DNA of 64,000 nucleotides, taken from contig OZ024741.1 of assembly GCA_964016885.1 (NCBI GenBank), forward strand, positions 412,176,001-412,240,000. The letters are read 5' to 3'. Position numbers and translations under genes: made by a program. Origin of the DNA: Eledone cirrhosa. Its lineage: Eukaryota. This document shows, one piece after another, positions 39,443-49,813 of this stretch; the stretch's first letter is position 1; each line of letters starts with the position of its first letter. The notes under the pieces were generated by a model. The model saw only the letters and a list, made by a program, of their open reading frames with translations. It did not search any database and was not told the origin of the DNA.

Positions 39443-39491
39443 TTGCTCCGAAGACTCCAAATCTCGGTTTGGAAGAAACAATTGTAAGCAA
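39443..39491 (+). ncRNA. Minimal type I hammerhead-like motif (CCGAAGA core), right copy
   Basis: Stem I TTGCT/AGCAA; CCGAAGA; stem II TCCAAA/TTTGGA; GAAAC-AATT-GTA with palindromic stem III; AATAAA immediately after. Confidence 0.7.
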
Positions 39492-39642
39492 ATAAATGAT
39501 TTAAACAAAACTTTGTTTCATGTAATCTCTATATATATAAATATGTATATATATATAGAGAGAGAGATGATTATCATTTAGAGAGAGTATGTGTATGTGA
39601 GTAAAAGAGAGTGTATGAGAGAGAGTAGGTATGTGTTTGAGA

Positions 39643-39688
<46 letters not shown>

Positions 39689-39771
39689 ACATGTGAAAGA
39701 GGAAGAGGAAAAGGGAGAAAGTGAGACAGAGGAGGAGAGAAAATAAAAAAAATATTTAATATTTTACTTAC

Positions 39772-39922
39772 AAATATTTTGAATTTCCAGGTAAAATGTT
39801 GAAACCCAGTGAACAAAGGAGAGACCTGTAAATGATTTCTCTTTAGACTGGAGACACTGTTTCATCTTGAGAAGTAACTTCATTTTAGAGATGGAGAAGC
39901 AGTGAGGGCAATCATCCTTGAT
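39772..39922 (-). CDS. Putative internal exon (151 bp, phase 0-1): IKDDCPHCFSISKMKLLLKMKQCLQSKEKSFTGLSFVHWVSTFYLEIQNI
   Basis: Acceptor CTTTTGTTTAG, donor T|GTAAGT; only one of three frames is open, and it fits both neighbouring exons. Confidence 0.65.
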
Positions 39923-40034
39923 CTAAACAAAAGTTGGGTTTATTTCAACACATGTAGTAGATAGAAGAGAAAAATGGGGGCAGGAGAAATAATTTGAAAT
40001 AGGAGAGGGTGAGGGAAAACTTTACACCTTTGGC

Positions 40035-42460
40035 TGTCTAACACACATGGACATGCCAACAAAGTCAGAAAACAGCACAGTTCCCATGACTTTCATAAAC
40101 ATTTTTTCACGTTCAGAGTTGCTGAAGCATGGAACAAACTACCTCCATCAGTTGTTAGCTGTCAAGACACTGCATCCTTTAAAACCTCCATGGAACAAAC
40201 TACCTGCATCAGTTGTTAGCTGTCGGGACACTGCATCCTTTAAAACCTCCACAGAACAAACTACCAGCATTAGTTGTTAGCTGTCAAGACACTGCATCCT
40301 TTAAAACCTCCACGGAACAAACTACCTGCATCAGTTGTTAGCTGTCGAGACACTGCATCCTTTAAAACCACCATGGAACAAACTACCTGTATTAGTTGTT
40401 AACTGTCGAGACACTGCATCCTTTAAAACCTCCATGGAACAAACTACCTGTATTAGTTGTTAGCTGTCGAGACACTGCATCCTTTAAAACCTCCATGGAA
40501 CAAACTACCTGCATCAGTTGTTAGCTGTCGAGACACTGCATCCTTTAAAACCTCCATGGAACAAACTACCTGCATCAGTTGTTAGCTGTCGAGACACTGC
40601 ATCCTTTAAAACCTCCATGGAACAAACTACCTGCATCAGTTATTAGCTGTCGAGACACTGCATCCTTTAAAACCTCCATGGAACAAACTACCTGCATCAG
40701 TTGTTAGCTACCGAGACACTGCATCCTTTAAAACCTCCATGGAACAAACTACCTGCATCATTTGTTAGCTGTCGAGACACTGCATCCTTTAAAACCTCCA
40801 TGGAACAAACTACCTGCATCAGTTGTTAGCTGTTGAGACACTGCATCCTTTAAAACCTCCATGGAACAAACTACCTGCATCAGTTGTTAGCTGTCGAGAC
40901 ACTGCATCCTTTAAAACCTCCATGGAACAAACTACCTGCATCAGTTGTTAGCTACCAAGACACTGCATCCTTTAAAACCTCCATGGAACAAACTACCTGC
41001 ATCATTTGTTAGCTGTCGAGACACTGCATCCTTTAAAACCTCCATGGAACAAACTACCTGCATCAGTTGTTAGCTGTTGAGACACTGCATCCTTTAAAAC
41101 CTCCATGGAACAAACTACCTGCATCAGTTGTTAGCTACCGAGACACTGCATCCTTTAAAACCTCCATGGAACAAACTACCTGCATCATTTGTTAGCTGTC
41201 GAGACACTGCATCCTTTAAAACCTCCATGGAACAAACTACCTGCATCAGTTGTTAGCTGTTGAGACACTGCATCCTTTAAAACCTCCATGGAACAAACTA
41301 CCTGCATCAGTTGTTAGCTGTCGAGACACTGCATCCTTTAAAACCTCCATGGAACAAACTACCTGCATCAGTTGTTAGCTGTCGAGACACTGCATCCTTT
41401 AAAACCTCCACGGAAGAAACTACCTGCATCAGTTGTTAGCTACCGAGACACTGCATCCTTTAAAACCACCATGGAACAAACTACCTGTATTAGTTGTTAG
41501 CTGTCGAGACACTGCATCCTTTAAAACCTCCATGGAACAAACTACCTGTATTAGTTGTTAGCTGTCAAGACACTGCATCCTTTAAAACCTCCACGGAACA
41601 AACTACCTGTATTAGTTGTTAACTGTCGAGACACTGCATCCTTTAAAACCTCCATGGAACAAACTATCTGCATCAGTTGTTAGCTGTCGAGGCACTGCAT
41701 CCTTTAAAACCTCCATGGAACAAACTACCTGCATCAGTTGTTAGCTGTCGAGACACTGCATCCTTTAAAACCTCCATGGAACAAACTACCTGCATCAGTT
41801 ATTAGCTGTCGATAGCTACCGAGACACTGCATCCTTTAAAACCTCCATGGAACAAACTACCTGCATCAGTTGTTAGCTGTCGAGACACTGCATCCTTTAA
41901 AACCTCCATGGAACAAACTACCTGCATCATTTGTTAGCTGTCGAGACACTGCATCCTTTAAAACCTCCATGGAACAAACTACCTGCATCAGTTGTTAGCT
42001 GTCGAGACACTGCATCCTTTAAAACCTCCATGGAACAAACTACCTGCATCAGTTGTTAGCTGTCGAGACACTGCATCCTTTAAAACCTCCATGGAACAAA
42101 CTACCTGCATCATTTGTTAGCTGTCGAGACACTGCATCCTTTAAAACCTCCATGGAACAAACTACCTGCATCAGTTGTTAGCTGTCGAGACACTGCATCC
42201 TTTAAAACCTCCATGGAACAAACTACCTGCATCAGTTGTTAGCTGTCGAGACACTGCATCCTTCAAAACTTCCATGCTTCCTGAGATTCGCCAACACTAC
42301 ACCTAATATTCACCCTCCATACACACACGTACACATGTATATCATGACTCATCCACAATTCACTTCCCTGACATTTGTACATTATTCTATGTAATATACA
42401 TGCACCTTTGATGAGTTGTAGTGCACCTGAGCATTGTTCACAATAATTTCATTATTATTA
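40035..42460 (+). mobile_element. 3' end of a CR1/L2-group LINE, expanded by an internal minisatellite
   Basis: THGHANKVRKQHSSHDFHKHFFTFRVAEAWNKLPASVVSCRDTASFKTSMLPEIRQHYT* fits the TRGH...FF..RV...WN.LP..VV...FK C-terminus; 3' UTR ends in (ATT)n. Confidence 0.8.
40128..42276. repeat. 61-bp minisatellite, ~35 copies: CATGGAACAAACTACCTGCATCAGTTGTTAGCTGTCGAGACACTGCATCCTTTAAAACCTC
   Basis: Tandem unit shifts by 1 nt per 60-nt line. Confidence 0.98.
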
Positions 42461-43086
42461 TTTACCTCGTACAGAAAAGATGGTGAGAGAAATGCTGTGG
42501 AGAATAACCAGCAATGCCTGCTACATCAGCCACTCCACGGTAAAGGGGACCTCTTCATTAAGCTAGATGCACTCCTTGATTTTGCAGGGATCGAGGACAC
42601 CAGAAGTCTTGGCAACAATGGCACCATAAAAATGAAGTGGTCAGTGAAGTCCTGGTATTTTGTTATCGTCCATTCCTCTACTTTAAAGGTGGTAGGGCCT
42701 GCATTTGAGGGGATGAGAAGGTGATAGGCAAGTCTTCAGCTACCTTTAAGTACCTCAACAAGATCTGGGCCAGCTGGCAAGGGATGGACAGATCTACATA
42801 AGTCAGTACATAAGTGGGACTACTGACCTCCCAGGCAGGCCAAGGGACCTGCATCCTGCTTACATACAATCATATCAAGTTCAGAGGAGAAGTTGTGTCT
42901 TTTGACACAAACTGAAGGGTCCTCCTAGCTCTTTGGCAAGATTTCTCTGGTTAGATGCTCTTCCCGAACCACATTACAGAGTGAACTGGGTGCTTTTATT
43001 GTGTAGATCACAGGATGAATGATGACATATAAACAGATTACACACAGTAAACTAGAGAGAGATTATATTTTACTAGTTTCACTCAC

Positions 43087-43167
43087 CTGTAGATTTATAC
43101 TCCAGAGAAGTCGGGCTAATGTAATGCTTGGCATCAAATGAAGATTCAACTTGAAAGAAAAGCCATT
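43087..43167 (-). CDS. Putative internal exon (81 bp, phase 0-0): NGFSFKLNLHLMPSITLARLLWSINLQ
   Basis: Acceptor ATATTCCAG, donor CAG|GTGAGT; a phase-1 frame is also open, so the frame is inferred from neighbours. Confidence 0.6.
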
Positions 43168-43182
43168 CTGGAATATAGATTA

Positions 43183-43442
43183 TATATATACTAGTACACA
43201 ACCTGGGTATCATCATCATCATCATCATCATTTTATGTCCACTTTTCCCTGCTTGCAAGGTATATAGTTATATATACTAGTAAACAACATAGATATATAG
43301 TTATATATACTAGTACACAACCTGGATATATAGTTATATATACTAGTACACAACCTGGATATATAGTTATATATACTAGTACACAACCTGGGTATATAGT
43401 TATATAAAACTAGTACACAACCTGGGTATATAGTTATATATA
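43183..43442. repeat. 33-bp minisatellite (ATATATACTAGTACACAACCTGGATATATAGTT), first copy interrupted by a minus-strand SINE/RTE tail at ~43209-43259
   Basis: About 6 visible copies; the insert reads CCTTGCAAGCAGGGAAAAGTGGACATAAAA(TGA)n on the minus strand. Confidence 0.85.
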
Positions 43443-43913
43443 AAGAGAATTAATACTTCCAAGAAATAATATTTTCAAACTCAATGTGATTATGTCATTA
43501 GAGATGGAAACAGAAATTTAGAAGTGATTTTTTTAAAGAATTAGGAACATTTTTAAGAAATAAGGGTCACACAAAGTATATCATTGAGATGAGAGAATAG
43601 ATTTCTTAAACCATCGATGATGATGATGAAAGCCAGTTACTACTGTATGTATATAAGAGTAGATGTCTTACACTATTTAATACTTTACAAATGTTTCAAT
43701 ACATCTTATTCAACTAATGCTTATATTATTTCAATTTAGTTAAAGAGGAAAAATATGGAATTTAACAAAACAGTATCAACTATTGTACATCTTCAGAAGC
43801 ACTATAAATGATTTTACAATATTTTTCTGTTTGGTGGGTTTATACACCCTGTTATTATTAGACTATTTTATTTACTCAAAGTTGCAGTGAAATTTTCTAA
43901 TTCAATTTGGCCT

Positions 43914-44192
43914 ATTCGCCTAATAGAGGTAACTAGCGAATCTCGCGAAGGCGCTTGGTTGTTCCAGCGCATTAGTCTCGCCATCACCCGAGGCAACGCT
44001 GCGAGTGTGCTGGGTTGCCTAAAAAATCATTAGAGAGGTATCCCAGTACTCCTCGCAATGCTGCTGTCTTTTGCTCCGGTGTTGACTCTGTTGTTCACCC
44101 CCTTCCTTTATATTTTCTTTAATATTGTAACATTTAAAGAATATATCCTTCTGATTTTCAAATTCTGTTCGCTGATTTCTGAACATATGTCT
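43914..44192 (+). mobile_element. 3' end of a CRE-like (restriction-like endonuclease) non-LTR retrotransposon
   Basis: 43914-44033 encodes IRLIEVTSESREGAWLFQRISLAITRGNAASVLGCLKNH*, matching the QR.S.AI.RGNA C-terminal motif; followed by a UTR and (TA)n. Confidence 0.65.
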
Positions 44193-44223
<31 letters not shown>

Positions 44224-44239
44224 ATATATATATATACAC

Positions 44240-44581
44240 ACCCCCGTCCCACTACCCCCACCCCATCCACACCACCCCCTTAAATGTGAAGTTATGTTGG
44301 TACCACAACATCCAGTCCGAAACAAATGAGGTCGTGTAGGTGTCACGACAAAAAAACACACAGTCCACGCTGTAATGTGGCCGTGTAGGTAACACGGTAA
44401 AAACCTCCCAGTCCACACTGTAAACGTGGTTGGTGTTAGGAAGGGCATCCAGCCGTAGAAAACCCGCCAGACAGTCCTATACGAGCAGGACAACAAATCT
44501 TGCCTCAAGTGGGAAACCTCCCGTCCAAACCCATGCAAGCGTGGAAGATGGACGTTAAACGATGATGATGATGATGATGAT
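44240..44581 (+). mobile_element. 5'-truncated copy of the 3' UTR of the RTE at 29634-33525
   Basis: Reverse-complement match to ~29634-30098 without the internal duplication; (GAT)n tail; sits between (TA)n tracts. Confidence 0.85.
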
Positions 44582-44679
44582 ATATATATATATATATATG
44601 AAGTTGCAATGAAAAGGTTTAAAATTTGTTGTAAAAAGAAAAAAATTTTAAAAAGGAAGTAAAATATATGAAGACTTAC

Positions 44680-44775
44680 AGTATTTTCTAAAATACTCTC
44701 TTGAATACGATAGTCTGATAAAGAATATACCATTTCCAGCAACATCTGCAAGAATGTAGAATATGAAATCATTGT
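44680..44775 (-). CDS. Putative internal exon (96 bp, phase 0-0): TMISYSTFLQMLLEMVYSLSDYRIQESILENT
   Basis: Acceptor TTCCTCACAG, donor ACT|GTAAGT; an alternative phase-1 frame is also open. Confidence 0.58.
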
Positions 44776-45144
44776 CTGTGAGGAACGTGAAGATATTTAG
44801 CTTTGTTTCTCACAACCAGACATCACATTGCATTTGTGAGCAAAATACTTCATTTATGTTGTGTTATATGATAAGACTGAGACCAGTGTGATTTAAGATA
44901 ATACTGAGACCTGTATTATTTAAGACACCCAAGAATCCTCCTAGGGGGCCAGCTAAACAAACAGAAAATGATAAACCCGCCAAGATTGTTGAAAAGAGGG
45001 GAAAAAATTATTCTTAAACTAAAGATATATCCATAATGCCTGCACACTCATACACACAATCACACGCATATATATATATATATGTGTATATATATATATA
45101 TATTTTTTTTCATCATTTCATTTTTTTATATATATATATATATA

Positions 45145-46666
45145 AGCAACTCGGCACGTGGAGGGGCAGACCGATGCCCTCCGATGGCGTCGGACGCTGG
45201 ACGGAGGGCCCGGTGAAGTTGCTCGGGGTCTGGTTCGGACCGGACCTCCAGGTGGAGAAAAACTGGGCGGAGGTTACGAACAGTGTGTTTGCACTGACCC
45301 AGAAGTGGGCCAGTTGCAAACTATCCCTGAAAGGTCGGGCGGAGGTGGCGAACACCTACATAGCGTCCGTCATCTACTACCGCCTGACCGTAGTGCCCTG
45401 CCCAAGGGAAACCCTCACCAAGATGGAGCGCGCGCTCTTCCAATTCCTTTGGAAGAGGCGGGCTCCTATGGTGAGGAGATCCATCTGCTGTCAACACTCT
45501 TCGAAAGGAGGGCTGGGGATGCCGTGGCTAATGATGCGTAAACACGCATTAAGGCTACGGCACCTCTACGTATTCCTCACCGGTCAACCGGTGTGGGCCC
45601 CGTTTGTGAGGCGAGCCTTTCGCAGACTCGTCTCACTCACCGAGCTGCAATCCTGGGTCAAGCAAAGACCGAGAAAACTGGGCGCCTGGCACACTGAGTG
45701 TGCCCAGGCGCTCACTGCCCTCTGGCAGGCGGATCCGGTTATCAGTGGAGACTCCACCGCAACATTCTATAGAGGGCTGGTACGCAGCAGGTGCGACGAC
45801 GCCCTCGGAGAAGCCCTAGACATGGAGGAGGACGAACTGGCCAGCCTGTTCGGTAGGACATTCAACCCGGGACCTATGGACAACTTCCAGAAGTCCCTGG
45901 CCTGGCAGTGCTACCGAGGGGCTTTACCCGTTCGAGAAAGGCTCTACAGACACGGGCGCCCGGGTAGGGACCCCGCCAAAAAGATCTGTCCCAGATGCGT
46001 GTGCGACGAGGAAACCGTTGCACACGCATTGGTACACTGCTCGGGCGTAGCCGATCTGTGGGGCTATGTCGAACAACTGCTGTCAAGGGTGGGACCGATC
46101 CGATTGACCACCGAGTCTATTGTAATGATCAAGCCGCCTCCCCCCTTCAAAGATGAAGCAGAGGCGGTGTTTCTGTGCGTAATAGCCATGGCGAAAGAGG
46201 TTGTATGGTGGACGCGTCTGAAAGGACTGAGGTCAGGCACCTTTCTCTCTGGCCAACAACTGGTCCGTTTCTTCCGATATCATTTCGGAAGAAGGATCAG
46301 GATGGAGAGAGAGGTGCTGCACCCCAGCCGTTTCTATGAAAGATGGGTGAAAGTGGCGAGAATGGCCCGTGTGAATGGGCCTTCACTCTACATCAGACTA
46401 TAGGTGAGGAAGATGAAAGACCAAGGGAGCACCCCTTCTCTGTGCTCCTGAGGAGAAGGGTTGCACACTTTTTTCGGGGGTGTGTGCGACCCCCCAAGGC
46501 GCCTCCTCTCTATTGAGGATTTTGTTAAAAATTTTATTTTTTGTTATATCTTATTTTATTTTTATATTTTGTTATTGCCTCCTCCTTATTGAGGACGCCT
46601 TTTTGTGTAAACTCGCCCCTTTGTACTTGTCCCACTTTTGATGCCCTAGTGGCAAATAAAAGAAAC
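45145..46666 (+). mobile_element. 5'-truncated L1/Tx1-clade LINE (RT C-terminal part, CCHC zinc knuckle, 3' UTR) in (TA)n
   Basis: Open frame to 46403 with VKLLGVWF, LSLKGRAEVAN, GGLGMP, CPRC...ETVAHALVHC; GC-rich island; AATAAA at 46655. Confidence 0.92.
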
Positions 46667-46684
46667 ATATATATATATATATAG

Positions 46685-47027
46685 TTAAAAGAATAGAGGT
46701 GTAACACACAAGTTATTATATATTGGTAAACGGAATAGAAAATGCTGACAAATTGTTCACAGTTGAGAAATGGTTTAATTAGGAATAAAAGAGTATTAGT
46801 GATTGTATGGGTTAGTATTCAGTTGTTTGCTCTGATCAGAGCAAACAACACGGACACTCTATCTCAAAATTATTTTTGAAAAACATTTAGAAATGTGCAA
46901 CCGGTAAAAACTTAAAAACTTAAAACCACAACTGAATACTAACCCATACAGTCACTAATACTCTTTTATTCCTAATTAAACCATTTCTCAACTGTGAACA
47001 ATTTGTCAGCATTTTCTATTCCGTTTA

Positions 47028-47037
<10 letters not shown>
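46685..47037. mobile_element. Short fold-back insertion in (TA)n with ~110-bp inverted arms and an internal 28-bp palindrome
   Basis: 46717-46826 vs 46928-47037 inverted; GTTGTTTGCTCTGATCAGAGCAAACAAC at 46822-46849. Confidence 0.7.
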
Positions 47038-47080
<43 letters not shown>

Positions 47081-49561
47081 CGTAAAATAAGAAAATTATA
47101 AAATTAACTTACTTACTAAAATATATATATATATATATATATAAAATTTCAGGTTATCAATAATGTAGTGATAATATATCGTTACGTTAGAGATGAACAG
47201 CGTACGTGCAGGTTTGCTCAACGAGTATAAATTATATTCCGGAGAAATGTAGAAAGGATGAATATAAAATGAAAGTGCTTTTTTTAAAAAAGGAATTTAT
47301 TAGGTATTGACATATGTTTCTGTAACAGACGGAATACCTATGTATCGCTGCTTGCGTAATCATATAACGTTAGCAAGTATTCGATAGCAAATGTATAATC
47401 AGTTGTCACTTCTTCAGAGATTTTGGATAAGTGGGATAAAATCAGAAAATTTGAAGTATTTATATTAGTAATAGAGGAAGAAAAAGAGGGGATAGTATAT
47501 GACAGATGGTAAATTAATTTACTGCTAAACAAGTATATAATGGGTTTCTAATGAGAATACCATGAGTAAATGGTTCATTTGATCTAAATAAGAATTTTTG
47601 GGAGTGCCAATTTTAATCTCTACTTGACCAATTGGACAGTGGACAGAGCTGGTCATTTGGTGTAGTAGTATTAATTATAAAGTGTCAATTGGGGAAGGGG
47701 GAGATTTCGATTGCTACTGAATAACATCAATGCTAGTAGCCAGCTGGTATATGCATTAGGGAATTGAATTAAGAAATCAGAAATCTCATTTTATCTATAG
47801 CAGTTTATATTAAAAGGTAAATAATAGAAGAGTTGATAGAATTAAGACTAATAAAGAATGTTCATATCTATTTTGACAATCAAACGGGGATAGAGACAGG
47901 CGTTCAATCCTGGTAGTATTTATAATATGAAAATGTAGATTTTAAGCGATGGTTACAGTATAACGATCGCTCTATTCTGTTATTTAATAAAATGTTTTTG
48001 GATTTTATAATACAAAATAATTCTACATTACATAATTTACAAAATTCCTGTCCATGGGATTATGGGGGGGGGGGGGCAGCCTCTATTATATCCCATTTTA
48101 GGTGAAATTGTTGGTTATTTTCACGCAGCTGCCAAGTCTTGTCTGCGAGTGTTGTTACATAACGCTGGTTTTCATGTTTTATCGAGTATCGATGTCTATA
48201 AAGGCGTGATTTGAAGGAGGTGGCTGTAGATCCCACATAGTACCACTTCTGTCTATCCGATTCGATAGTACATTTGTATACGATGTTGCGTTCAAGACAC
48301 TGATTGTTCAACGGACACATTCCTGGTTGGACACAGTTGCAATTATAATTTTGCGTTGTTGTATTGCCATGGATTTATTGATGAGGTTGCTTATGTAGGA
48401 CAGGATGTTGTTTGTTGTTTTGTGATGTTATAGCTAATGTTTTACGTGTATTGTTATGTGTTGGAAGGCGTTTATACAACCGTTTTGCGTTAAGCTTTTT
48501 TATATGTTGTTCAATATTAGGGGCGGTTGAATATGAAAGTCGAATAGTGTTAGGGTTTAAGATTTTATTATATTTATGTGATGTTGGAAAGTGTTTTTTA
48601 ACTAATCGAAAGAATTGTGAGGGTAGATTGGTTTTAATAGAGTTGTTATAGACCGGGTTGTACCAAATATACTCCTTACACTGCCTTCTGTTTGGTGGTG
48701 TGCGACTATTATTGTGTCTATTGCGGTAGTGTATGTATGGTGGTGATTCTGTGCTATTTCTACTCCTATGGGATTTATTTTGGGTGTTTTGGTGATCTTT
48801 GACTATATACTCTATATTATCTAGGTGACCGGCTTTCCTAAGTGCTGCCCCCCCCCCATATTCCCATGGACAGGAATTTTGTAAATTATGTAATGTAGAA
48901 TTATTTTGTATTATGAAATCCAAAAACATTTTATTAAATAACAGAATAGAGCGATCGTTATACTGTAACCATCGCTTAAAATCTACATTTTCATATTATA
49001 AATACTACCAGGATTGAACGCCTGTCTCTATCCCCGTTTGATTGTCAAAATAGATATTAACATTCTTTATTAGTCTTAATTCTATCAACTCTTCTATTAT
49101 TTACCTTTTAATACAAACTGCTATAGATAAAATGAGATTTCTGATTTCTTGATTCAATTCCCTAATGCATATACCAGCTGGCTACTAGCATTGATGTTAT
49201 TTAGTAGCAATCGAAATCTCATCCTTCCCCAATTGACACTTTATAATTTATACTACTGCACCAAATGACCAGCCCTGTCCACTGTCCAGTTGGTCAAGTA
49301 GAGATTAAAATTGGCACTCCCAAAATTCTTATTTAGATTTACTCATGGTATTCTCATTAGAAACCCATTATATACTTGTTTAGCAGTAAATTAATTTACC
49401 ATCTGTCATATACTATCCCCTCTGTTTCTTCCTCTATTACTAATATAAATACTTCAATTTTTCTGATTTTATCCAATTTATCCAAAATCTCTGAAGAAGT
49501 GACAACTGATTATACATTTGCTATCGAATACTTGCTAACATTATATGATTACGCAAGCAGC

Positions 49562-49612
49562 GATACATAGGTATTCCGTCTGTTACAGAAACATATGTCA
49601 ATACCTAATAAA
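49562..49612 (+). ncRNA. Degenerate hammerhead-like motif in the Penelope pseudo-LTR (also at ~53890-53938 and inverted at ~47295-47345)
   Basis: TAGGTATT/AATACCTA stem closes CCGTCTGTTACA-GAAAC-ATAT-GTC; AATAAA follows; a CTGAAGA lies upstream at 49491. Confidence 0.45.
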
Positions 49613-49813
49613 TTCCTTTTTTAAAAAAGCACTTTCATTTTATATTCATCCTTTCTACATTTTCTCCGGAATATAATTTATACTCGTTGAGCAAACCTGC
49701 ACGTACGCTGTTCATCTCTAACGTAACGATATATTATCACTACATTATTGATAACCTGAAATTTTATTAATCTCCTATACAGTTGAGCAACTAATTCAGC
49801 ATACGCCTCTAAA

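Larger units (their letters stand above)
37775..39535. mobile_element. Non-coding Penelope-type tail with a ~640-bp inverted duplication
   Basis: 37931-38573 is the near-identical reverse complement of 38882-39535; each arm carries a hammerhead motif followed by AATAAA; (TA)n on both sides. Confidence 0.75.

Noticed and set aside
20887-44775. Mab-21/cGAS-like identity for the spliced protein (LKMK...GLSFVHW.STF and PTYFI...FNV resemble C-terminal motifs)
   Set aside because: The resemblance is only a few residues judged by eye and no nucleotidyltransferase motif is visible; an HHpred or structure search is needed before any name is given
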